A stretch of DNA of 64,000 nt from a virus (lineage: Duplodnaviria > Heunggongvirae > Uroviricota > Caudoviricetes): the IMG/VR virus record IMGVR_UViG_3300029571_000006. One strand, given 5' to 3'. This document shows positions 1-10,145 of the stretch, piece by piece. Each line of letters opens with the position of its first letter. Within the stretch, counting starts at the first letter, position 1. The notes below the pieces were generated by a model. That model saw nothing but the letters and a program-made list of their open reading frames with translations. It was not told the origin of the DNA and did no database searches. A program made the position numbers and the translations under genes.

Positions 1-1805
1 ATATAGTTCTTATCAGTAATTCCTTCGATCACACCAAATCGTGATTGCAGGCATTTTGCAAACTTATATGTAGTCGATTCGATTGGCGTACCATACAGTG
101 AATAGTCAATATTCTCAGCTGCTTTCCACTCAGCACACTTATCATTCATCTTCTGCATGATTGCTAATGCGAAAGGCTTCGCCTCATCGTCTGTATGGCT
201 CTTTCCTGTCATTGCTTTGACACATTCATATAAACCTGCGTATCCAAGTGACAATGTGGAGTATCCGCCGTACAGAAGCTTGTCAATGGTTTCTCCTTTC
301 TTTAATCTTGCAAGACCACCATTCTGCCAATGGATTGGAGATGCATCAGAAAGTGTTCCAAGCAATCTCTCATGTCGTAAGCGAAGTGCTCTATGGCAAA
401 GCTCAAGTCTTTCCTCAAAGATTGTCCAGAAGATTTCTTCTTTGCGTTTCTGATACTGCTCGTCATCGATGTATGTGATTCCTTCCATCTGCTTCACAGC
501 CGACAACCCTACGTCAGGAAGATTGATTGTAACAACACCCTGATTAAATCTGCCGTAGTATTTTGGATTTCCGCCCTCATCAAGATACGGTGTAAGGAAA
601 CTTCTGCATCCCATGCAAGGATAACAATGTCCATCTCCGTTTACATCAACCTTATTCTGGAGCATCATTTTCTCTGAGATATAATCAGGAACTAATCTCT
701 TTACAGAGCATTCAGCACAAAGCTTTGTCAGATACCAGTATTTACTATCCTCATGAATATTATCTTCCTCAAGAACGTAAATCAGCTTCGGAAATGCCGG
801 AGTAATCCATGCTCCATTTTCATTTTTTACACCCTGAATTCTCTGACGAACAACCTCTTCAATAATCATTGCGAGGTCTTCTTTGGTGCGTTCGTCTTTA
901 GCTTCGCCGAGATACATGAATACAGTAATAAATGGTGTCTGACCATTTGTGGTCATCAGAGTGAGTACCTGATACTGGATTGTCTGTACGCCACGCTTAA
1001 TCTCGTCTCTCAGTCTCTTTTCAACGATGCTATCAATGCTATTGATGTCACCGTTACAAGCGGAAATCTCTTCTTCAACATCTTTCCGTATTTTCTGTCT
1101 ACTTACATCAACGAATGGTGCAAGATGTGTAAGAGAAATACTCTGACCACCATACTGATTGGATGCAATCTGCGCAACAGCTTGTGTTGTTACATTACAA
1201 GCTGTAGAAAAGCTGTGTGGTTTTTCAATCAGCGTATCCGATATTACCGTTCCATTTTGTAGCATATCTTCGATGTTTACCAAACAGCAGTTTGGCATTC
1301 TCTGAACAAAGTAATCGGAATCATGAAAATGAATCAGTCCTTTTTCGTGTGCATTCAAAATATCTTTTGGGAGTAATGTATTATTTGTGATTTCCCTGCT
1401 GACTTCTCCTGCCATATAGTCCCTCTGCGTAGATAAGATAGTAGGATTCTTATTGGAATTTTCCTGAATCACTTCCTCATTTACTCCATCTACGATTGTA
1501 AGTATCTTTCTTTCAATACTGCTTCCATTTCTGTTGATCTCATGCTGATATCTGTATCTAACATATGCTTTAGCAATATCGAAAGCCTGTTCTTTCATAA
1601 GCTCTGTTTCGATATCATCCTGTATCTCTTCTACCGAAATTGCACGTTTTCTTTTACGATATCTTGAGTCGAGACGATTTGTGATAACGGTAGCAAGGGA
1701 GTTATCCCTTGCACCGTTTGTTACTTCTGCAATAGCCTTGCTAATAGCTGTATGTATTTTTGTTTTTGTATACTGGTCTTCACGACCATCTCTTTTCATT
1801 ACGAT
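1..1805 (-). CDS. nrdD: Anaerobic ribonucleoside-triphosphate reductase NrdD, N-terminal ~600 codons. The C-terminus with the glycyl-radical region lies beyond the window start.
   Basis: Minus-strand frame is open from RBS GGAGGT + ATG (~1805) to coordinate 1, so it is absent from the track. Translation starts MIVMKRDGREDQYTKTKIHTAISKA (ATP-cone-like) and contains NGDGHCYPCMGCRSFLTPY and GGYSTLSLGYAGLYE stretches typical of class III RNR. Confidence 0.75.
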   Translation of the reverse strand, partial: MVMKRDGREDQYTKTKIHTAISKAIAEVTNGARDNSLATVITNRLDSRYRKRKRAISVEEIQDDIETELMKEQAFDIAKAYVRYRYQHEINRNGSSIERKILTIVDGVNEEVIQENSNKNPTILSTQRDYMAGEVSREITNNTLLPKDILNAHEKGLIHFHDSDYFVQRMPNCCLVNIEDMLQNGTVISDTLIEKPHSFSTACNVTTQAVAQIASNQYGGQSISLTHLAPFVDVSRQKIRKDVEEEISACNGDINSIDSIVEKRLRDEIKRGVQTIQYQVLTLMTTNGQTPFITVFMYLGEAKDERTKEDLAMIIEEVVRQRIQGVKNENGAWITPAFPKLIYVLEEDNIHEDSKYWYLTKLCAECSVKRLVPDYISEKMMLQNKVDVNGDGHCYPCMGCRSFLTPYLDEGGNPKYYGRFNQGVVTINLPDVGLSAVKQMEGITYIDDEQYQKRKEEIFWTIFEERLELCHRALRLRHERLLGTLSDASPIHWQNGGLARLKKGETIDKLLYGGYSTLSLGYAGLYECVKAMTGKSHTDDEAKPFALAIMQKMNDKCAEWKAAENIDYSLYGTPIESTTYKFAKCLQSRFGVIEGITDKNY

Positions 1806-1819
1806 CATCTAGTTACCTC

Positions 1820-2650
1820 CTAATCAAGCAAATCTGCCATAGCCGCTGTTTCGCTACGCTCTGTTTTGAGAAGCTTCACATATCCGAATCTTGGATGACC
1901 TTTTAACTTGTCTACAGCAACCATCAGACCACTATTCTGTCTGAATACTTCCGCATCACACTGTTTAAAGTCTCCATTGATCCATAATGAGGAACCCTCT
2001 CCGACACGACCGAGAAGCAACTGTATATGTTCTTTAGTCATGTTCTCTGCCTCAGAGCAAATGATGATGGAATTCTTTATGTCACGACCTCTGATAAATC
2101 CAAGATGTACAATCTCAATCTTCCCATGACCAATCATCAGCTCAAGACCATCAACTCCGCCAAGGTGGTCGGCTAACGGCATAGCGAATGGAAGTAACTT
2201 TTCATTGTAAGAGCCTGGAAGATGACCGATAGGCTTTGAGTTTTTAACTTCGATGTTATTTCTAACGTACACAATCTTCTCAAATTTATCATGTTCCAAC
2301 AAATCGATTGCCGCAGAACACATCAGAAAGTCTTTACCTGTTCCAAATTTTCCTGCAATGATTTTTACAGTAGTATCCTCGTCGTAGAGCATATCGATGG
2401 CAAGCTCCTGCTGAGGGTTTCTTGCTTTAACCTTTCCGGCAAATCTGGTATCGATTGCCTTATATGGAATTTTCTCTACTCTATGTCCATCACACTTGAA
2501 CATTCCAATATTATTTCCATTCTCATCGGATGCAATAAGATATTCGTTCTTTAAGCATCCGAAAGTGTTTTCTGATTCAGGGTTGAAGAGGTCATTAACC
2601 TCTTCTCCTGTGACTACGAGTTCCTTGAATCCAAGATATTCATTATCCAT
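1820..2650 (-). CDS. phoH: PhoH-like ATPase
   Basis: P-loop GKFGTGKDF and PhoH-type C-terminal region (LWINGDFKQCD). RBS GGAGG before the internal ATG (MDNEYLG...). Confidence 0.7.
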   Translation of the reverse strand: MDNEYLGFKELVVTGEEVNDLFNPESENTFGCLKNEYLIASDENGNNIGMFKCDGHRVEKIPYKAIDTRFAGKVKARNPQQELAIDMLYDEDTTVKIIAGKFGTGKDFLMCSAAIDLLEHDKFEKIVYVRNNIEVKNSKPIGHLPGSYNEKLLPFAMPLADHLGGVDGLELMIGHGKIEIVHLGFIRGRDIKNSIIICSEAENMTKEHIQLLLGRVGEGSSLWINGDFKQCDAEVFRQNSGLMVAVDKLKGHPRFGYVKLLKTERSETAAMADLLD

Positions 2651-2661
2651 ATGTTTGCCTC

Positions 2662-3303
2662 CTACACAATCTCGTCTAATTCGCAATCCACACCTAAAAT
2701 GTGGTCACAGAATCCTTTCTCCTTTGCCTCATCTGCGAATAGATACCATTCAACACGTAATTTGCTATCGTATTCTTCGCTTGTCACATTGCTACGAGCA
2801 ATTACATACTGCTTGATTCTCTGCTCCACGCGTTTCTGGAACTCCATCTGATCCTGAGCCTTAGCACCAGAATTCCAAATGAGATTTGAACCATCATGCA
2901 TAAGGAATTTTGCATTCTGTGCTGCATATCTCTTATGACCAGCAAGTCCGATAAGAAATCCCATGCTGTACTGATAACCAAGATTGATTGTGTAAACAGG
3001 TGTCTTGCTTGCAAGGATCGTATCGATCAGCTCGAAGCCTGCATCGACATCCCCCCCATTGGATGCTACATACAGAAGAATTGGTTTGCGTTCATCAGTA
3101 GGAATACCTTTATCCTCTGCGTTGTACTGCATGATATGTTTTGTAATATCTCCAATAGAGAACTGATCTATATTTGCTGTTAAGAACAGCTTTCTCTGTT
3201 TGAGGTCTCTGAGGTAGAAGATATCATCCACCATTCCCATTTTTACAAGTGCCTCATCGATATCGATGTCAATGTCGTAATAACCTTTTTCTTTACTCTG
3301 CAT
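2662..3303 (-). CDS. ClpP-like serine protease (S14 family)
   Basis: YVASNGGDVDAGFELIDTI and QYSMGFLIGLAG match the ClpP Ser/His region pattern. Confidence 0.55.
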   Translation of the reverse strand: MQSKEKGYYDIDIDIDEALVKMGMVDDIFYLRDLKQRKLFLTANIDQFSIGDITKHIMQYNAEDKGIPTDERKPILLYVASNGGDVDAGFELIDTILASKTPVYTINLGYQYSMGFLIGLAGHKRYAAQNAKFLMHDGSNLIWNSGAKAQDQMEFQKRVEQRIKQYVIARSNVTSEEYDSKLRVEWYLFADEAKEKGFCDHILGVDCELDEIV

Positions 3304-3829
3304 ATTCTTTCTCCTTTAACCAGTCAGTAACTCGATTGTTTAGTTCCTTTAAATCCCCAGTATTATAAATACAGTAATCTGGAGTTATATCATTAAGAGC
3401 AGTCTCTGACGGATGTGTTTGCTGTTTTTCCGTAAGCTGACTAACAAAGTCAGGTCTGACAACTCTCAAATGAACTGCGTTGAATCCTCTTTCTTTTAAC
3501 CTGTTGAACTCGTTCGGGAACCTTGTGTCTGGAATAATTACATAGTCCCATCGTCCATCAAATAAATTGAGAATATCTGATACGAAATCCACCCAGTAGT
3601 CCGGGTTCTTGGCTCTTACAACGTCTGTACCAACATACTGAAGCAAAGAGCGTCCTTTCTCATCTTTTCTTCCATCCCACTCGAAGAATGTTTTACATAT
3701 GTATTTCAACAAATCTGCGTAGTGGGTTATCAAAACTGTGTACCCATCTTCCCGGAGCTGCTTCTGCAGCATTTGAGCTACCGTATCTTTACCATTCCTT
3801 GCATGTCCAGAAATAGCGATAACTTTCAT
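3293..3829 (-). CDS. Deoxynucleoside monophosphate kinase (T4 gp1-like)
   Basis: N-terminal P-loop ISGHARNGKDT. Size and pattern resemble phage dNMP kinases. Confidence 0.5.
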   Translation of the reverse strand: MKVIAISGHARNGKDTVAQMLQKQLREDGYTVLITHYADLLKYICKTFFEWDGRKDEKGRSLLQYVGTDVVRAKNPDYWVDFVSDILNLFDGRWDYVIIPDTRFPNEFNRLKERGFNAVHLRVVRPDFVSQLTEKQQTHPSETALNDITPDYCIYNTGDLKELNNRVTDWLKEKEYAE

Positions 3830-4257
3830 TCCTTAGCCTCCTCCTCTTCTTTGTGTAAGACAATATTTGAATATTTTTGAAAACAATCAATCGCTTCCCT
3901 GACTTTGATTTCTCTATCTGGAGTGCGCCATCGTTTCTCATCGCCATAGTAAATCTCTCTGACGTTGCACCACGCCATAACAACTGGCTTGTTTGGATTC
4001 TTGACCGTATGAGAACATATAAGCACGATTGCCTGTTTACCGGATTTAGTGAAGTCGTCTACCATTCTTTGAAGTGCCAATCTCTGACCGATTGGAATCT
4101 CTGAATCTCCATACTTCACCTCGAAAATTATGTATTTTGAGTCTTTGTACTCAATCACACCGTCTATATCTGTTGGATACATACCGCCATCTACAGCGCA
4201 TCCCTTGAAGTCTATAAGCTGTTTCATCTTGCGCTTGTTATGGATTCTGCTTTCCAT
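3826..4257 (-). CDS. VRR-NUC domain nuclease
   Basis: PTDIDGVIEY...YIIFEVKYGDSEIPIGQRLALQRM fits the VRR-NUC PD..(D/E)VK pattern. ATG after RBS GAGAGGTGAG (the track start is a GTG). Confidence 0.4.
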   Translation of the reverse strand: MESRIHNKRKMKQLIDFKGCAVDGGMYPTDIDGVIEYKDSKYIIFEVKYGDSEIPIGQRLALQRMVDDFTKSGKQAIVLICSHTVKNPNKPVVMAWCNVREIYYGDEKRWRTPDREIKVREAIDCFQKYSNIVLHKEEEEAKE

Positions 4258-4270
4258 TGAACTCACCTCT

Positions 4271-4807
4271 CTATTCGTTAGAAAGCAAGTATTTCTGATT
4301 CAATCCACAACAGTTGAATTCCTCACAAATACCGCCACGGTATTGGCAATTCGGAACGAGAAGTTCTTTAAATTCTGGATTAACCTTGATGACCTCATCG
4401 CAAATCATTTGAACAATTTCTCTCGTTTCTTTTGAAGCCTGCATACACAGACGTTTATGCGCAATCGTAATCAGTTCTTCTGCATTCATATACCAGCACA
4501 TTGTCACCAGAGCATCCTGTCTTGCAGCTCCTCTCTCATATTTCTTCTGTCTGTCATCTCTCTGAGTAGATACAAACGGTGTTGCATGAACATGTCGTAC
4601 AAGATGTACGGATACCCAGTATGGAATATCTGTCAGTCTAAAGCAGAACTGCAATGTTCTAATTGGAGAATGATTTGCTTTAAGAAGTCTCGTCTTCCAT
4701 GCATCCGTAGGAGCCTTAACAGGTTTCTTCCATACAGTGACTAATGTACATGTCTGGCATAAATTCCAGTCTTCTTCTGTTGGGTGCTTTAAAATCTCTA
4801 CTTTCAT
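4271..4807 (-). CDS. ThyX-like (flavin-dependent thymidylate synthase-like), divergent
   Basis: VRHVHATPFVSTQRD aligns to the ThyX RHR-x7-S-x-R signature but has V in place of the third R. A YMNAEEL...HKR motif lies downstream. Nucleotide-metabolism neighbourhood. Confidence 0.35.
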   Translation of the reverse strand: MKVEILKHPTEEDWNLCQTCTLVTVWKKPVKAPTDAWKTRLLKANHSPIRTLQFCFRLTDIPYWVSVHLVRHVHATPFVSTQRDDRQKKYERGAARQDALVTMCWYMNAEELITIAHKRLCMQASKETREIVQMICDEVIKVNPEFKELLVPNCQYRGGICEEFNCCGLNQKYLLSNE

Positions 4808-4819
4808 TTCCTACTCCTT

Positions 4820-4842
4820 GTAAATTATTTTATTAGCATGAT
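4820..4842. promoter_or_regulatory. 23-bp AT-rich motif GTAAATTATTTTATTAGCATGAT (copy 1), just upstream of the ThyX-like gene RBS
   Basis: Read in gene direction: ATCATGCTAATAAAATAATTTAC, with TAAAAT as -10-like and TTAAAT 17 nt upstream. Confidence 0.4.
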
Positions 4843-4851
4843 AATGCGTAT

Positions 4852-5505
4852 TTAATTTTCGTATGGGCTTTCCAATGAGTAATCCCATATGCTGTATTCA
4901 CCATCAAATCCATTTCGGAAGTAATTATGACCACATCGTCCTGCAAAATATGTATATTCCTTTGGAAGAACTCTGCCGACTTCTGTCTCCCCATTCTTCT
5001 CACTATTCCATCTCCATAAAACGTCAGACGCTAAATTGAGTAAGCTGTCATCTACTGTCGTATTCTCATTGAATGCGAATTGATTTTTCGCTCTGATTAC
5101 TTCTGAAATACTCAAGCCATGATTGTCAGCTCTGTTCAAGATTGTCCACGCCACACATGCCTGCTCTGTCTTACTTTCGACGCCTCTACATTCGTTATAT
5201 AATACCTTGGCTATATCAATTACATCTTGCTCTGTATAATATATCGTAATATATGGTTCTTCCTCTGTTTCAACAGTCACTTCTTCTGGCTCATCTACTT
5301 CTACTGTTTCTGTTACTGTATCTTGTGGCTCCACACTCTTTTCTACTGTCTCAATCACCAGAGGTTGTACAGATGCGTTTGGAGTATCTGCTTTTACAAC
5401 CTCTTCTTCTGAACTTGATACTGAAATTCCGAACATCAAGGTTATTGCTATGATTGCTGACGCAGAAACAACACGAATTATTCTTTTTCTTAATGTATTC
5501 TTCAA
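4852..5505 (-). CDS. SleB/CwlJ-type cell-wall hydrolase with N-terminal TM/signal anchor and acidic linker
   Basis: LYNECRGVES...ACVAWTILNR matches the Hydrolase_2 (SleB) motif. The N-terminus is hydrophobic. Confidence 0.6.
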   Translation of the reverse strand: MKNTLRKRIIRVVSASAIIAITLMFGISVSSSEEEVVKADTPNASVQPLVIETVEKSVEPQDTVTETVEVDEPEEVTVETEEEPYITIYYTEQDVIDIAKVLYNECRGVESKTEQACVAWTILNRADNHGLSISEVIRAKNQFAFNENTTVDDSLLNLASDVLWRWNSEKNGETEVGRVLPKEYTYFAGRCGHNYFRNGFDGEYSIWDYSLESPYEN

Positions 5506-5729
5506 TGCATAACTCCTTTATGTCTTCTGCAATACGCCTTGATCTTTTTAACACACTTATCACAAACTCTTACGTCGTAGTTTCTCTCATACCTTACCAC
5601 ATCACCTAGGTCTTCAGCACAAATGAACCCGCATCCTTTATTGTCCGAGCATCTAAGCGTAATTCCATCAGACATATCGACTTTCTTATCACAGATGTCA
5701 CATACTTCTATTACTGCCACACCTATCAC
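5502..5729 (-). CDS. Small Cys-rich protein (zinc-ribbon-like)
   Basis: CDICDKK...CGFIC...CDKC pairs. Tight coupling to neighbouring genes. Confidence 0.3.
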   Translation of the reverse strand: MIGVAVIEVCDICDKKVDMSDGITLRCSDNKGCGFICAEDLGDVVRYERNYDVRVCDKCVKKIKAYCRRHKGVMH

Positions 5730-5748
5730 TTCCTTACTTTTGGATTTA

Positions 5749-5961
5749 TTATGTATTATCGATTACAGGAGAAATCTTACAACTATCTACAAGTTCTTCC
5801 ATGCAATCACAACACAGGTCTAATTCTATTGTTGACCCGTCATATTTTGTTCCATACCCACATTTTGTATGGATTGAAAATTCTTCCTGTCTGTCCCAGA
5901 AGTCCATTTCTTTTCCGCATTTGTTGCAATATACTTTTTTAGCCATCTTCATCACCTCCAA
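5749..5961 (-). CDS. Small Cys-rich zinc-ribbon protein
   Basis: CNKCGK...CGYG...CCDC motifs. Confidence 0.3.
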   Translation of the reverse strand: MEVMKMAKKVYCNKCGKEMDFWDRQEEFSIHTKCGYGTKYDGSTIELDLCCDCMEELVDSCKISPVIDNT

Positions 5962-6120
5962 TCCGTATATAAAACTATTATTTTATATCCTAATTAGACA
6001 TGCAAACATGCCAGAGCCAGCATATAATAGTGAAGACAAACCAACCATTCGCACTGAAATAATGCGATCCGGTCAATTCTCCGACAACCATTAACATCCA
6101 TAACAACATCTGTACCACCT

Positions 6121-6540
6121 CTATTCTTTAATTGTGAACTCATCAAGGAAATTCGTCAGTGCTGTATCAGATGTCTTCGTGGTCATTTCTTCCACATTTT
6201 GTGTGCTCATGTATTTAACTAACGACTGACCATATATGTATACGACCACATCATCCGCTCCACAAGCTCCATCGAGTAGCATACTGTTAAATTCCATTCC
6301 TCGTATCTTTTCCTCAAAGTTCCTATTGATGGTAAATGTGTAAATGTGGCTGTTGTTATTTTTGCACTTTATCCGTCCGAGCCTTACATTTATTGTCCAG
6401 TCATTTCCTAACGATTTAATTTCGTTGAGGAATTCAGCTTCTCTGTCACGACTCTCGAATAAGATTGCACCAATATAATTTTCGTATTTAGCACACTCCG
6501 CAAGTAATTTACTGAGTGTAGCATCTGTTAATATCTCCAT
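6121..6540 (-). CDS. Hypothetical protein
   Basis: 139-codon ORF packed between neighbours on the same strand. Confidence 0.4.
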   Translation of the reverse strand: MEILTDATLSKLLAECAKYENYIGAILFESRDREAEFLNEIKSLGNDWTINVRLGRIKCKNNNSHIYTFTINRNFEEKIRGMEFNSMLLDGACGADDVVVYIYGQSLVKYMSTQNVEEMTTKTSDTALTNFLDEFTIKE

Positions 6541-6549
6541 GCGTGCCTC

Positions 6550-9500
6550 CTAATAAAGTATCTTTTCAAACCTTGTCAGTCTGAAATATTGACCATTTCT
6601 TTCCCATCCTTTGCAGTAGATGATGTCGCCTTTCTGTATTGGGTCTACATTGTATACACTATTTACAACTGTAAATCTGCTCTCAACTCCGCTTCCGATA
6701 GACTTTGTAATGATTGAATATCCGAACTGTTTATTGTCTTTCCGTCGTACAAGCTCGTATACATCAGAGACATACAGCTTTTTCCTGTCTTCTTCTCTAC
6801 CTGATACGTATCCAACATATCCCATGACTTCTGCAAAGTTTCTGACCTTGACTACAATACTAAGGTCATCCATATGTAACTCTTTGACTGCATCTTCCGC
6901 CTCATGCATAATAGACATCACATCAAGCAGTGTATAGCTTTTTGCAATTCCTCCGCTCTTTGTAACACCTACCGCATACTTCTTAACAATGCTTTCGAGT
7001 GGCGTTCCGTCTACTCTTTCCTTTTTAATCTGCTTGGCTTGTCCTTTCTTGAACATGTCATAAAACAGCTCTGTTATTTTCAGCAGTTCTCTCTGATTGC
7101 CAAATTCAGAGAAGAAATCAATTTTGATGAGTATGTCAAGCTGATTCGTCTTCAAGGATGAGTTTGTATTCAGATCACAAAGTAAATCCATGAAGCTTCT
7201 GTATTTCTTTCTATGAGCCATCTCAAACATTTCTTCTGCCAGACCGGAACTCATATATTTAATAGAGCTTAATCCTTTTGCAATAACTTTCTTTTCACTA
7301 TCAAAGAAATACTCACTCTTGGATAATCCCCATTTTGGCATCGTAACCTGTATGCCAATCTTATGTGCATAAGCTGTACCGTTACGGATATCATCCTCAT
7401 TCGCTGCATTATTCAGGAATGATGTGATGAACTCAAGCGGATGGTAATATCTATAGTAAGCACACAGGTATCCAAGTAAGCAGTATGCTATTGAATGGTT
7501 GTACCCGAACTGATAAGAAGCACTGTCCTCAATAATCTGTAGAAACTCTTTCGCTTCCGATTCAGCAACTGCTCTTGGCTGTGGAGACTTCTCACAGTAC
7601 CCCTCTAATATAGATGGCATTGCCGCACCCAGTCTGTCTTTCTGCTTTCTACCGATTGCTCGCCTGATATTATCAGCCTCACTTCCTGATAGACCGCAAA
7701 TCTGCTGCAGGAATTTGATTGTATCCTCTTGGTAAATCAGATATCCAAGATTATCTTTCAGTAGCTCATCAATGATTTCTGATGGGTTGCTATGAGGGTT
7801 CCTCGCAAGTAGTGCATCTCTATATGATGCACCAGATGGTCTGATACATGCCGTTACAATCGACATATCAAAGATACTTTTTGGAGTGAATTTCTTTAAG
7901 CTCTCAAATGCGAATGCCCCCTCAAACTGGAATATTCCTGACGGATTCTTAATCATATCAGCCCATACCTCTTGATCGTCCCAGTCAATTTCATGTGTCT
8001 TTGGATATGGTCTATTAAGGTATCTACATGTGTCTCTGATTACCTGTACAGTTTTTAAAATAAGAAAGTCGTATTTCGCAAGACCTGTATAATCATGGAT
8101 ATTCTCCATATCCAGCATCAGACACATCTCTCCGTCTTTCTCGAATATTCCAAAATTATCATCCAATGTGATCGGGCTAATTACCATTCCTGCCGGATGT
8201 ACTGACTGTGATATCTTCGTATCAAGCAATCCGTCAAAATAGTAGAACAGTTCCTTATGTTTCGCTTTAGCTTTTTCTGGATTAGATGCATACTCTTCTT
8301 TGATTTTGGCTATTGCTGGCAGAGACCACGGATTACTGCCACCATTCGGATGTGACTTATTCCATTTCTGTGCTAAGAATCTTCCCACCTCATCGATAAC
8401 ACCTTTATCCTGTAACGTTCCGAATGAGGCAACTCTCGCTGTCTTATCTGCTCCGAACCTCTGAATGATATATTGGAAAATGGCTGGTCTGTCAGACTCA
8501 ACACAGTCAATATCAATATCACCGATTTCTTCTCTATCTTCATTACAGAATCTGGAGAATACTGTATGCCATGTTTCCGGGTTCAGATCAATTACGTCTG
8601 TTACATATGCTACTCTCGACCCGCCAACTGAACCTCTCGCTGTACCGATTGCCATTCCATGCTCTTTGCACCATGAAATCAGTTCTGACATTGACAGCAT
8701 GAATCCATCCATTTTAAGCTTTCTAAATACTCGAAGTTCCTCTTCGATTGCTTCCCTAAATGCAGCCTCTTGACTTCTAGGTATTACGCCTGATTCGAGT
8801 TTCTCTTCAAGCTTTTTATAAACCGTCTCTGTAAACTTCTGAGAGTCAGCTTCTCGTGACCCATACAGAATTGGATACTTGATTGACGTATCAAGCTCAA
8901 TATCTTCTGTTAAATCATATAACTGATGAGTATTTCTTATCGCCTGCATATACTCATCTTCCGGTAATGCACCCTGTACTCTGAACATCTCTACAAGCTC
9001 ATCATATGTCTTGTATGTTAAATCAAACGCATCCTCATCCCCATACGATTTGCCTTTGGCAGCCATCAGTGCTGCTCTACATTCAGCTTTATACTTTGTA
9101 GAGCTATGCGTATCTGTTCCTGCGATCAGCGGTGTACCGGTCAGTCTTGACAGTGATAGAAGCCTCTTATTGAATGCTATCTGATCCGGATGGTTATGTG
9201 CTTGTACTTCAAAGAAGTCATATTTTCTGGCAAGTTCCATATATCTTGGGTGATCTTGTGGTAACTTATTTAATGGAGATGCCAAGCAAGCGCTTGTTGA
9301 AATGATGTTGTCCGATATATTCAGAAACTCATCGAATGAAATTCTATTAGTGTAGTACGAATGCTCCTTATCACATGATTTTGTAATCAACTCATTCAGT
9401 TCTAATACACCAGCCATATTTCTTGCCATCAGAACGGTATGATAGTTATCTCTCACCTTTGGTTCTAACTGCTCTGTTAAGTATATTTCTACTGAATGTA

Positions 9501-9699
9501 TGTATCTCAGCCCTGCTTTCTTACATGCAGCCCACTTCTCAGTCCAGTTCATCGGCTTACCATGTTCTGAAATAGATAATGCTTTCTGACCATTCTTTAC
9601 AGCCAGATCAACATACTCTTGATATTTTGTACAACTATCCAAGAGACTCAGCTCTGTATGACAGTGGTACATTTCATAATAATCTTCTCTTGTGTCCAA
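6550..9699 (-). CDS. dnaE: DNA polymerase III alpha subunit (DnaE-type, N-terminal PHP domain)
   Basis: PHP motifs (YHCHTELSLLDS, ISEHG), PolIII alpha core motif GDIDIDCVESDRPAIFQYIIQRFG...ASFGT. 1049 aa. Confidence 0.8.
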   Translation of the reverse strand: MDTREDYYEMYHCHTELSLLDSCTKYQEYVDLAVKNGQKALSISEHGKPMNWTEKWAACKKAGLRYIHSVEIYLTEQLEPKVRDNYHTVLMARNMAGVLELNELITKSCDKEHSYYTNRISFDEFLNISDNIISTSACLASPLNKLPQDHPRYMELARKYDFFEVQAHNHPDQIAFNKRLLSLSRLTGTPLIAGTDTHSSTKYKAECRAALMAAKGKSYGDEDAFDLTYKTYDELVEMFRVQGALPEDEYMQAIRNTHQLYDLTEDIELDTSIKYPILYGSREADSQKFTETVYKKLEEKLESGVIPRSQEAAFREAIEEELRVFRKLKMDGFMLSMSELISWCKEHGMAIGTARGSVGGSRVAYVTDVIDLNPETWHTVFSRFCNEDREEIGDIDIDCVESDRPAIFQYIIQRFGADKTARVASFGTLQDKGVIDEVGRFLAQKWNKSHPNGGSNPWSLPAIAKIKEEYASNPEKAKAKHKELFYYFDGLLDTKISQSVHPAGMVISPITLDDNFGIFEKDGEMCLMLDMENIHDYTGLAKYDFLILKTVQVIRDTCRYLNRPYPKTHEIDWDDQEVWADMIKNPSGIFQFEGAFAFESLKKFTPKSIFDMSIVTACIRPSGASYRDALLARNPHSNPSEIIDELLKDNLGYLIYQEDTIKFLQQICGLSGSEADNIRRAIGRKQKDRLGAAMPSILEGYCEKSPQPRAVAESEAKEFLQIIEDSASYQFGYNHSIAYCLLGYLCAYYRYYHPLEFITSFLNNAANEDDIRNGTAYAHKIGIQVTMPKWGLSKSEYFFDSEKKVIAKGLSSIKYMSSGLAEEMFEMAHRKKYRSFMDLLCDLNTNSSLKTNQLDILIKIDFFSEFGNQRELLKITELFYDMFKKGQAKQIKKERVDGTPLESIVKKYAVGVTKSGGIAKSYTLLDVMSIMHEAEDAVKELHMDDLSIVVKVRNFAEVMGYVGYVSGREEDRKKLYVSDVYELVRRKDNKQFGYSIITKSIGSGVESRFTVVNSVYNVDPIQKGDIIYCKGWERNGQYFRLTRFEKILY

Positions 9700-9704
9700 A
9701 TCCT

Positions 9705-10145
9705 TTATCCCTCCTTTACTGCGAATCCTTGGAGGAATGCATCTAACTTCGTATCATCTACTTCCGGCTCAATTAAAACATCAGCCGTAATCTCAGAATG
9801 ATTCATTCCGCTCTCTAAACTCTTTACTACAATCTGATTTATCCGTTCTGCTAAATCAATTAACATTCCGCTTGTATATGGATCATGCGTACTTGTGTAC
9901 TTTTTAATGACATCAAGTACAATGCTCTCTAATGGTCTTGGATTTCCACTGTCAAACTTCATTGGTATTTGAAATAATGCCAAAAGTTTTGATATATCTA
10001 TGAGTTCAATATCGTCATATACAGTGCATCTTGCATTTCTATCTCCCTTTCTCGCGTGCGTTGCACCGATATATCCAGGACGTCTGTAAAATCCACCATC
10101 ATTCGTGCTACTTGAAGCGTAACCTATGTTCGTATACCGAATCAT
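9705..10145 (-). CDS. Hypothetical protein
   Basis: 146-codon ORF, slight overlap with the primase 3' end. Confidence 0.3.
   Translation of the reverse strand: MIRYTNIGYASSSTNDGGFYRRPGYIGATHARKGDRNARCTVYDDIELIDISKLLALFQIPMKFDSGNPRPLESIVLDVIKKYTSTHDPYTSGMLIDLAERINQIVVKSLESGMNHSEITADVLIEPEVDDTKLDAFLQGFAVKEG

Noticed and set aside
157-1262. Plus-strand ORFs (157..453, 248..478, 393..677, 753..1262) in the first 1.8 kb
   Set aside because: They lie antisense inside a long uninterrupted minus-strand NrdD reading frame that runs off the window and so is missing from the track. They have no RBS and low-complexity translations.
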